NCBI GenBank assembly: GCA_964016885.1
Contig: OZ024741.1
Span: forward strand, 136,028,001 to 136,092,000
DNA: 64,000 nucleotides
Direction of reading: 5' to 3'
Origin: Eledone cirrhosa
Lineage: Eukaryota
Numbering within the stretch: position 1 is the stretch's first letter; the number at the start of each line of letters is the position of its first letter. The translations under genes were made by a program, and so were the position numbers. Under the pieces are notes generated by a model, which saw only the letters and a list, made by a program, of their open reading frames with translations, was not told the origin of the DNA and did not search any database. Shown piece after piece: positions 1 to 9,808 of the stretch.

Positions 1-512
1 AGAGTCCTTGCGAGGTCTGCCGACTTATCAAGAGGATACCTCATTTTACTAGTCTCAAGAACGCGTCTACACGACGTGAGAAAGAATCCCAAAAGGCGGA
101 GGGGGAGATAGTCACGCGATATAACGGTTGAGATTATATATATATAAATCACCTTGATAGGAAGCAATTGAGCCTTCTTCAGGACCATGTACGGACAAAG
201 AATCGGGGCTCAAACCGAGGTCCTGCTGTCTCCAGAACTAGTGTTTCCTATTAGCAGAAAATCTGTGATGACTCACTCAGGCGCATTACCCAAGTAACGG
301 GGGCTGAGTTCCCCTACCGTTGATCTCATGATTTGTTCTTCCCCCAAGAAACAAGTCCTAAAATCTAAGACAACTATTTATCGGTGTTAACATCTCAGTA
401 CAGCCACCATTTATACTTTCCAAATGGGTCTTCGCAGCTAATCATCATCTCTGAAGACCGTTCCCACATCCGACATCTGAGGACCGAGTGTTAAGGGAGT
501 TATCTCCCCTAC
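1..512. mobile_element. Possible LTR end (partial, runs off the window)
   Basis: Unique, relatively GC-rich block with a TATA-like run at 135-148. It ends abruptly in ...CCCCTACA (TGTAGGGG on the minus strand) next to a (CA)n tract. No second LTR or ORF is visible. Confidence 0.25.
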
Positions 513-544
513 AACACACACTCCCATACACACGCACGCGCACA

Positions 545-581
<37 letters not shown>

Positions 582-612
582 TCATACACACACCCACACA
601 CACACACACACA
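511..612. repeat. (CA)n microsatellite
   Basis: Directly visible. Confidence 0.95.
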
Positions 613-619
613 TCTTGTA

Positions 620-776
620 TTCTTGCTGCAATTTCCAACATCTAAATTTTAATCACAAAGCGTTTGTCAGCTCGAGACTAGCAGAAAACACTTGACCAGA
701 GTGTCACGCAAATGTCGTGCACTGGGAACCCACCTACTAGCGCTGAAGTGACTGCTTAACCACACAGTCACGCCTG
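620..776 (-). mobile_element. tRNA-derived SINE 5' part (family A), diverged
   Basis: The minus strand reads AGGCGTGACTGTGTGGTTAAG (A-box-like)...GGTTCCCAG...GGTCAAGTGTTTTCTGCTA. A related head lies at about 52325-52446 (-), and related 3' parts at about 12610-12780 and 22180-22370. Confidence 0.6.
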
Positions 777-945
777 TGATGGATGATATTTAAACTGACA
801 AGCTGTATATACTTTAATTCATGATTTGCCGGATGTAATTCGGGGTATATAGACATTCAATAGTCGTTTATCGAAAAAAACATTTCAATAAACATTTTCA
901 GGTTATTTCTGCTTTTTTTTTTTAATTAATATTATTTTACTTCTA

Positions 946-1141
946 GGGCGGTGGATTGGCAGTCTCGGCAAAGAATCGGGCACCACGCTTTGCAGCAAAG
1001 AGTTACGGCCCTTTATGATCTGAGCTCAAATTACGTTTACGGGGTCGATAAATAAAGTACCAGTCACGCACGGGGTTCGATTTAATCGACTTTTCCCTTC
1101 CCCAAATTTGCTGACCTTGTGCCTATATAAGAAACCATTAA
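946..1141 (+). mobile_element. SINE (family B, GGGGTCGATAAA-TAAAGTACCAG core)
   Basis: Aligns by eye with copies at 12890-13103 (-), 34451-34645 (+) and 62992-63198 (-). Further partial or diverged copies lie near 4056, 22570, 28610, 30060, 33375, 35965, 36570, 37230 and 44975. Confidence 0.8.
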
Positions 1142-1289
1142 TATTATTTTACTGTTTTCAGTCGTTAGTCCCCGGCCTGGTTGGGGTATCGCCTTAAAGG
1201 GAATTAGTCGACATAACAAACCCAGTAATTATTTTTCTAAAGCCTCTTATTTTCTTGATCTCTTTTTGCCGAGCAGTAAAAGTAATCTC

Positions 1290-1571
1290 AGACACAAAGA
1301 CACAAACACAAATACACAAATACACAAAACATTCACAAACGTGCATACACACAAACACACATACATACATGCATACACAAGTACATACATACACGCATAC
1401 ATACATCATATATACATACATCCATAATACATTCATACATATATCATACATATATACAGCATACATATATCATACATACATCATACATAATACATACATC
1501 ATAAATACATAATAGATACATACATACATACATACATACATACATACATACATACATACATACATACATAC
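1290..1571. repeat. (TACA)n / CA-rich low-complexity tract
   Basis: Directly visible; pure (TACA)n at about 1516-1571. Confidence 0.9.
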
Positions 1572-1624
1572 AACTGAACTCGAAACCACGAGAATGCAGT
1601 ATTTATTTATTTTAATTCATTACT

Positions 1625-1627
<3 letters not shown>

Positions 1628-1660
<33 letters not shown>

Positions 1661-1665
1661 TGGGT

Positions 1666-1758
<93 letters not shown>

Positions 1759-1828
1759 AAGAGAGAGAGAGATGGAGAGAGAGAGAGATGGAGAGAGAGA
1801 GAGATAGAGAGAGAGATGGAGAGAGATG

Positions 1829-1893
<65 letters not shown>

Positions 1894-1945
1894 GAGGGAT
1901 GGGTAGAGAAAAAGAGAGAGAAAGAGAGAAAGAGAGGAGAGAGAT
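1628..1945. repeat. (GA)n microsatellite
   Basis: Directly visible; source of the RERE/LSLS ORFs. Confidence 0.95.
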
Positions 1946-2325
1946 TGGAAATTCGTGTCAGAATTCTCAAAGTAGAATTGCTATATTTTAAGACATAATT
2001 TACAATTCATTAAAATATAAAGTGCTGTAATTACATTGTCTTCATTTAGTTATAGAATCTGCTCTAATTCTCACTTCCCTTCCTCTCTCCTCTTCTGCCT
2101 CTCTCTACCTCACCTTCATTTGCACACTGCTAGCATAAGTCGTATATGCATATGTGCAACATACATGTTTCCTCCTATTTACATGTGTTTATTTATATAT
2201 CTGAATAATCTCATATATAGACGCATATGCATTGACAATTATGAAATTGATTTCAAACGTTATACAATTATATGTGTAACCACCGGAGACATTCATACAT
2301 ATATGTGTTTGTATCTCTCTCTCTC

Positions 2326-2390
<65 letters not shown>

Positions 2391-2989
2391 GTGGAACACT
2401 GGAAGGTAATATCCGTAGTGGTAGATCACTCAGTCCATGGGACGAGTTATGTAGAAGTGGTAACACAACAGTTAGTTCACCATACCGAGAATAATTGTTT
2501 CACCTTAGCGGATCTTCAGCTCGTACTGGTCATGGTTATACGGAACAGGAAGTACAATTGTATGAACGCGCATGCTCAGAAACGGTCACTTCACCCAAGC
2601 GATGCAAAGCCACGGGCGAAAGGTGTAAGGGAGATAACTGCAAAATTCGGAAAAGATGTTCTAGTTGATAATAAAATTAGAATGTTGTTATTCAATCTGG
2701 AGCTTTGTAGTTATGCAAGAGGTGTTTCCAGACGTGTGGACAACGTGAGAAGATTCCATATCTTGAATTTAGGCAATAGCTATTGCGTAATCTCCTTAGG
2801 ATATTTATCCTTTCTTCAATACACAGTCCACAAGACGGATTGCCCCTAGCGTATGGCTTGGACTTAGTGATGGCTTTCCTTTGAATGGAGTAGTCTGTAC
2901 CTGAGTCCGGAAAGCCATCACTAAGTCCAAGCCATAAGGAGAAACAATTGTTCTCATTATGGTGAACTAACTGTTGTGTTGCCACTTCT
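2391..2989 (-). mobile_element. PLE-like 3' end with inverted short arm, flanked by (AT)n(AG)n and (CT)n(AT)n
   Basis: 2453-2507 is the reverse complement of 2935-2989. There is a hammerhead on the minus strand and a perfect 28-bp internal hairpin (2852-2879 / 2909-2936). Confidence 0.65.
2486..2523 (-). ncRNA. Minimal type I hammerhead ribozyme
   Basis: cgag-CTGAAGA-tccgctaaggt-GAAA-caatta-TT-ctcg. Stem I cgag/ctcg pairs. The inverted arm retains the palindromic GAAA-caattg-TT. Confidence 0.7.
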
Positions 2990-3266
2990 CTCTCTCTCCC
3001 CTTCTCTCTCCCCCTCTCCCCCTCTCTCTCTCTCTCTATATATATATATATGTGTGTATAGGGTTGCGGTTGACCCAATTTTTCCAATTCTTTGGGACGA
3101 TACGGATGTGTATATACCATAACATACACTATTTGGAGATACGGATGTTACAATTCAATCTATACATGTATAGCAAAACATTCAACTGAACTTACTTGCG
3201 TGTGTATAGGGTTGCGGTTGACCCAATTTTTCCAATTTACATCGTCAAATTGCGATTTGTATCGGC

Positions 3267-3311
<45 letters not shown>

Positions 3312-5626
3312 CCGGTCCCTGCACATTTTCTGTATGTCATATATCAATCACAAGGCATTTGTAAACCGGGATACTGAAGCAGTAAACAATTTCCCAAGAT
3401 TCTACAAAATGGAATTGAACTCGAAATTACATTGTTATAAATTCCTTAACCACCCAGTTAACCAGGCAGCTAACCAGCCAGCTAGCCAGACACCCACCAT
3501 TCCTGTTGCTATTTATAACATCCGAAACTATTTTATCGGTGATATTTTAAATTCGAACTCTATAGAGATATTTCTATCAGCACATTCTAACATCATAGCC
3601 ACTCCTTTAAATCAGACAGTTAAGCAACTGAGAGAGATCTAAACGTTAGGCTTCGATAGTAAACTTCACATATGATTATATGCATGTCTGCTTATACATT
3701 GGTTTTGTCAGAGGTCAACGTATCCACTTCTAATTCTTTATGTTGTACCCTGCTATTGCAGTTATCAAAGAATATATGAGAGTAATCATCTGATTTCTAA
3801 CTTTCAGAATTTTATCTTTTGTAGTTAGTCCTCTTCTCTGCACTGAGATTAAAGAGATGGCGATCTAATTGATTAAGAGGTTATATAATGTCAAAGTAAA
3901 AGAAATGATCTTACGTACAAGGAAAAATAATGGTTAGATTTTCAATAAAATTGCGCAGTAAGAACAAAGATTGTTTCATGCTACCAGTGAATAATTGTGT
4001 TCTTTAAAACAATATACATGCTGTGAGGTACATATTATGAGATTATAAGGTGAATTAGCAGAGTCGTTTGAGTGTTGGTTCGAAAGAGAATGCATTGGGA
4101 TATTTGCTAGGGGCTCTCTCCGCTCTGAGTTCAAACCTACTAATATCAAATTTACCTTTCATCTTTTCGGGGATTGATAAATAAACACTTTTTTTCTTTT
4201 TTTTTTTTTCTCTTCTTCTCGGCAATGTTGCTCTGTAAAAAGAGCATCGGAGAAGCACTCACTGCATCCCTCTTTCCCAAAATATAGAAGCGATGTGAAG
4301 ATTTGAAAATCTTGATTACCTTATCTTTACCGATAATAATCAAGAATATGGACACATTTAGTATTACAATAACGTTCTTATTATTAAGCTGTTCATTTTA
4401 TGAAGCCATCTTCCCCATAAATGTTTGGCCTTGTGTCTAAATCAAGAACAATTATTGAGCTGGAGTTTGGAACATAACAAATGTTCTCACATAAAATTAT
4501 GATGGAAGATCTTTAGATGAAAACAACTTATCACAGGAACAGGGAGGGTTTCTAATACATTAACTGCATTTTCTGCTAGGAAAGGCGATTATCAGATATC
4601 GCTAGCAATGGAAAGACCAATGGAAAGTTAATTTCCTTGAATAGATCTGATGATCAGCCCGTTCCTTTAAAGGTATTTACGTTATATTTGTCAAACTGTA
4701 TCATCTATTGCACATAGATTCCCTGGCTTGTTCTGCGGATCAGCTCGTTGCCTTTCTTTTTCTCCATTGTAGGTGACTTATTAAAGTTGCGAAATGATGC
4801 AGTAGAGATGAAATCATCATGCATCCAATGAAATAATATATTTCTATCTTGTTGAAAAGAAATATTAGCCAATACTGTACTGTCTCTCCGTGACTTGGCA
4901 TTAGATTTAGCCTTTCGTGAGGAACGCAGAAAAGAATTAAGAATTTATTATTTTATCTGACTTCAGCTGTATTCAGGAACACTTTTTTTATTTTCATACC
5001 GATATTAAATTAGACACACTATGGGATTCTATTTCTTCATATTTTCTTACAATTTGTGGTTATGTATGGGAATATATTTTTTCATGTCTTTTGTGATTAG
5101 AGTGGTGATATTGTTGCATTGCCATGTAATTTCTGTCTCATTGTGGTTGAGTTTCTTCAGATCATATTACATTGACGATCTCAGAATATTTCTTTGTACA
5201 TTAAATTAGATTTTACCTCAAAGTTAGAGGATTTTAAAGGACATTGTGATATTTGATGTTTGATTGCATCGCTCTTTTATTCAGCCTCTCTGAAATTACA
5301 TTTTTAACATTACGGCATCATTTATAATTTGCGTTAGTAATCGCAGTATGAAAAAACTATAAAAGAAAAATACACCAGCTTCAATCTTTTAGAATGAGAT
5401 TATTAATTTGATTCTAAAGGTTGTGTGCTAAAATATCTAGAATATGTAATACCGGGTTGTTGTTTGCTTGGTCTGATGTCACGTTTGACAACATATAAAG
5501 AGAGGGAAGAGGGCGTAAGAGAATAAACGTGTTGGTTGTTTAAGGAGTATACAGGTAAAAATGGCAAGATATAGAGAAATATAAAAACGCAAATACTGGA
5601 GCACATGCAATAGTATACACGCATAA

Positions 5627-5667
<41 letters not shown>

Positions 5668-5670
<3 letters not shown>

Positions 5671-5989
5671 CAAACCCTTTTAAAGGGAGACAAACCTTTA
5701 TCCACCTAACCTTCACTCCTTGACATTAGAAATAGAATGGAATTTCTATATTATTTCCTGTCAGCATGACTTGGCAAGCTAATTAGAACACTGGATTAAC
5801 CCCTTTACTTCCATCTGAAGAAGAGATATTATGTCGAAACTTAAGGCTATTCAAATAAATTTAAGGTAAAAGACTAATTGTCACCGGTATCTTTTGCATT
5901 TGTATTTATATTCTATATCCATACCTGCATTGTTCTGGCCTTCTAACTCCAAACGTTTATATCTCACTACGCAATGCTTCAAGTAAACT

Positions 5990-5993
<4 letters not shown>
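5668..5993 (+). mobile_element. Probable PLE-like 3' end with decayed hammerhead
   Basis: Island between (AT)n arrays containing CTGAAGA-agagatattatgtc-GAAA-ct-TA at about 5816-5844, with AATAAA downstream. The stems are imperfect. Confidence 0.35.
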
Positions 5994-6084
<91 letters not shown>

Positions 6085-6160
6085 GTAAACAAGGATGGAT
6101 TCAGTAACAAACTGGTTAGACCATTATTCACCAGAGTACTCGATACTTGGGGAGGTAGAG

Positions 6161-6692
6161 TCTATATCTATATCTATATAGAATATAAAATATTGGAACT
6201 TCCATCATCCTTTTGAGAAACGTGGACCAACCACGGCTATACAATGACACACGCTTTACAGTCAGGCGGAAGATGAACCATTTCATAGAAGTCACTATTC
6301 TTGGAAGTAATCAAGGAGAAATCTATTCCCAATATTCCACTTATCCCTTCCTCTACCGAGCTGCCATTCAAATTCTTAAGACTTATGTTCCCTGTTAGAG
6401 CTAGTTTTGTTATGACCACAAGTAAAGCTCAGGCTCAGAGTTTCAAAGATGTAGGATGAATACAAGATAATCGCTTTTTACCCATTGACAGTTATATGTA
6501 GGTTGTTCATGAGTGGAAACATCTAGAAATCTTCACATACTATGCATGAACGGTAAAATGAAGAATAGAGTGTATCTTGGAGATTTTTTTTTCTTGTATC
6601 ACACATACACCACGATCTCACCTCTCCAATACAGCTGTTTTCTCTCCAACCTCTCATCTGTTTACCCGAGCAAAGCTGGGTACGTCAGCTTG
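6161..6692 (+). mobile_element. Internally deleted Helitron retaining the PIF1-type helicase C-terminus
   Basis: Translation across frameshifts gives [17 protein letters not shown]...LPFKFLRLMFPVRASFVMTTSKAQAQSF...QLYVGCS, matching the Helitron motifs LRNLD..LCNGTRL, RxQFPVRLAFAMTINKAQGQ and GQLYVAxS. The 5' end is TCTATATCTATA. A 3' hairpin ACCCGAGCAAAGCTGGGT is followed by CTTG (decayed CTAG). Confidence 0.85.
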
Positions 6693-6944
6693 TAGTCTAT
6701 AAAGGCAACGGAACACACTTCTCTATGTTTCCAAAATAAGAATTACGCCGTAACTTCACTAAACTACATAATATCATTTTTTTATGATGTTTTATGGCAT
6801 AGCAATATTATAAATATCAAACTTCGCTCGCTGTCTTCAAAACAAACGTTTGCTTTGTCATGTTTTATGTATTTTACTGTAAATATGAGATTCAGTATGA
6901 AATAGTAAAACAAATACGTATTTGAAACGAAAGAATGGTATTTA

Positions 6945-7745
6945 ACTAATGTAATGATACGCGATGGGCCCACCCACAGCCCCGGCGGACAGAATGGAGA
7001 AGGCGTTTCCCCGCAGGACGGCAAGGGAGACGCGCTGGAAAAGCCACTCCAACTCGCGAGGCTCACACCCACCGCTGGCCAGCTCAGCGCCTATGGTGGG
7101 GAGTAAGGAGGTAGCCCTGGGGCCGAGGACACCAGAAGTTTCCACTGCCAGGGGAACGACCGCAAAGCTGTCGGAGAGCGACCGGTATTTGAGGAGTTTG
7201 GCCCCCTCAGCTCGACGTGCAGCAGAACCTGGATCAGTCGCAAACTGCACCAGTTTGCGGCTGCAGAAAGTGTCAGTGCAAGTGGCATCCCAGACGAGGG
7301 GTTTGCAGCGTCCAAGCCATGCTTAATAACCTCGTTGAGGGCAGTATGGCGTGGAATGCGGCCGGCACTGTGGCGATAGGAAAGCGGGTGGAGGCCGAAA
7401 GAGTCCACGGTGGAACCGCAGCGACATTGGTGTGGCTGGCCGATCCGGAGGCCGAGCCTCAGGGACACGCCGATTCGCAGGCTATGGTTGTCTAGCTGCA
7501 TGCCAGTGGAGAAGGAGGGAAGAGAATGGAGCCAGGCACCACTGCGGGTTTTGGAGGCTGCACGAAAACAAGCAAGGCGGTGCTGGTCGAGCTGGCGCGA
7601 GAGCCTGTCTGAGGCCAGGCTGCACTGGATGGCATCCCAAGTGCGTTGGGGGACTTGACGTCAACAGGGGGAGGAAGGAGGAGGGACGTCTACTGGGCTA
7701 AGTCCCAGCCGGTCCCACGTCTTACAGGCGGCCTCACGTTCTCTG
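6945..7745 (-). mobile_element. 5'-truncated CRE-like non-LTR retrotransposon (zinc knuckle and restriction-like endonuclease region), pseudogenic
   Basis: SGAWLHSLPS...LRIGVSLRLG...HQCRCG...GLHPLS...RHTALNEVI, then LVWDATCTDT...AEGAKLLKY...PLAVETSGVLG...LFQRVSLAVLRGNA. It is a GC-rich island. The expected RPDG segment is deleted, with a frameshift near 7300. Confidence 0.85.
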
Positions 7746-8155
7746 AACACAGAGGGTTCTGGTGTGTTTTATTTAATTTCAGTTTCCATTTACAGCAGAG
7801 TAGCAAACGTCATAAATATATTTCTTCCATATATGCCTGCTTATTATCCTTGCATTCAGTTCTACATATGATTGACATTGAGACCATTTTTTGAACGTAG
7901 TCTCTCAATCATTCATAGGAGCGTCCTCGGTTTCTCTTTGCCGCTATCATACTTTTCAAACAGATTTCAAAAAGAGTACAAATTGTGCGTTTGATGTTCC
8001 CAAACAGTTTGAAGAAGTTGCTCTAAATATATGCATACAAGTATTTGAAAACGATAACGCATGTCAGATCATTTACCTATACCTTGCGATATAAATTACG
8101 TTTTGAATGCGAATGCCCTCAATATTGAAATATTTTGTCAATGATTCTTCGTCGT

Positions 8156-8480
8156 TTGAAAGGCGCATGGCTGAGTGGTTAGATTAAAGGACTGACGATT
8201 GTAAAGCCGTGAGTTCAAATCATACCCAGTACTGAGTGGCCGGTTGGGGCCTTGAGCAAGACACTTGAAACAGCTTGAAACTGAGTTGCAATGACACAGG
8301 CGCCACGCTGTACCGGCATCTACTTTTTCCTTTGACATCTAGAGTTTCATGGTGTGGATATACCTCCATGCTTAGGCAACTGCATGTTCTCAAAACAAGC
8401 CTAACCAAAGCTCGTGTCTTGGAGAGACAAACCCATTTCAATCAGTCATTAGTTTAAAACCCATTGTCGAAGGGGGCGCT
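8156..8480 (+). mobile_element. tRNA-derived SINE (family C)
   Basis: TGAAAGGCGCATGGCTGAGTGGTTAG (A box)...GAGTTCAAATC (B box)...CCTTGAGCAAGACACTT. Relatives lie at 12200-12480, 14470-14590 (-), 23891-24110, 28890-29030, 36800-36975 (-), 59136-59415 and 60280-61090. Confidence 0.75.
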
Positions 8481-8764
8481 TTTCATTTCCTTTTCCTGAT
8501 TCACAGCACAAATTGCATTTGCACACTTCATAAAGGAAAGCGATGAATTTTATTATACTCCTTGTTATTTTTCCGGCTCACTTCACTCGGAGTTCAAATC
8601 TTTCGCAGGTCAAATTTGCCTGTCATCATTTCAGAGCGATAAAAAGAACCAGACTAGAGGACAACGGATTAGCAGAATTGTTAATGGTTGTACCCGATCT
8701 ATCTCTATGAAGCCTACTTTCGAATTCCATTTTTTGCCAGAAGTTGGAACCGGCGGATAGAATG

Positions 8765-9030
8765 AGAAATGGAAAGACATTTGGCTTGGTCAGATCTGAC
8801 GATTAACGTCTTTCCTTTAAAGATATATATTTATGGTATGTTTGATCGACACATAGTATTAGAAATGGACAGACAATGAAAACATTGTTTACTTGGCTCG
8901 AGCTGACGACCGGTTCCTTTCCGTTAAAGATATTTATCCAATGTATGTTAAACCAACAGACAGTATCAGCAAGGGAAAGACCATCGGAAACATTGTTTCA
9001 TTGGTTTGATCTGATCATTAGCGTGTTTCC
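8765..9030 (+). repeat. Diverged ~105-bp tandem repeat (about 3 units), with a related unit at about 4600-4680
   Basis: Recurrent ATGGAAAGAC...AAACATTGTTT...GATCTGA(C/T)GA...TTCC(T/G)TTAAAGATAT at about 8769, 8865, 8972 and 4608. Confidence 0.7.
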
Positions 9031-9398
9031 TATTTCCTTTCCTTTATATAAATGTACCAGTGGTCATTACAAAATCCATTTACCGCTAAAATAATCAATT
9101 TATATAATAAATCCTACAGTGTCCGTTACGTATTTCAGTGACTCACATCAAGTGTACCATTCATGCATGCAAAACAAACCAACTTCTTACTGCTTAGCGA
9201 CTGTGTAATGAATAGATAAAGTTTTATCAAAGAGAAAATTTAAATATATCAAAGAGGAAAACGTTGCAAATATCATCTATAATGAAATAATGAAATTGCT
9301 TATAAAAAAAAAACAATTGATTCGAGTGGACATTATCGCAATTCACACGTAATCTGTTTCTAGTAATGTATGTATGTATGTATGTGTGTATGTATATA

Positions 9399-9808
9399 GG
9401 GGAGAGATGACCCCTTAGCCTTTGTCAAAGCAGAATTCTAGGAGAAGGAAAACTCTGATATAACACCTGCAACCCTGATGGTATCCAATGATGTTGACTT
9501 GTTCTTCTTTTTGGTAAATATCATCTTGGTTAAGAGAGTGGGACTGGCTTTGTGCAGTGCCTTTGCTCACTATAAAAGCTTCACGGAACAGGCATTGCTT
9601 TATATCTGGAGATCTCTCTGCACTTGTCGTCACATGGTACCATAGGTCCAGCACTGTGTGTCAGTAATTGTCACAGGTGTAGTGTTTGTACCAGAGTTTT
9701 CAAGTCGCTGGCTGGACTAAAGTCACACTCGTTGAGCGTATCGGTAGGGGTTCTCCTACATGGATATAAAGTAGTGGCCGTACTCGCAAACGAGTTGGCA
9801 GCCACCAT
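9399..9808 (+). mobile_element. ~410-bp non-autonomous RTE-derived element, copy 1
   Basis: Near-identical inverted copy at 56186-56596. The 5' motif TCTAGGAGAAGGAAAACTCTGA resembles RTE 5' UTRs. The 3' part translates CSVCTRVFKSLAGLKSH (RTE-type terminal C2H2 finger), followed by a (TATG)n tail. Confidence 0.7.

Noticed and set aside
4773-4830. Terminal exon after a strong acceptor (ttctccattgtag)
   Set aside because: All frames stop within 20 codons and nothing else supports it; it cannot be excluded.
8875-8915. Type II hammerhead in the 105-bp tandem units (GAAA...CTGACGA)
   Set aside because: Stem II does not pair and the motif is not kept across units.
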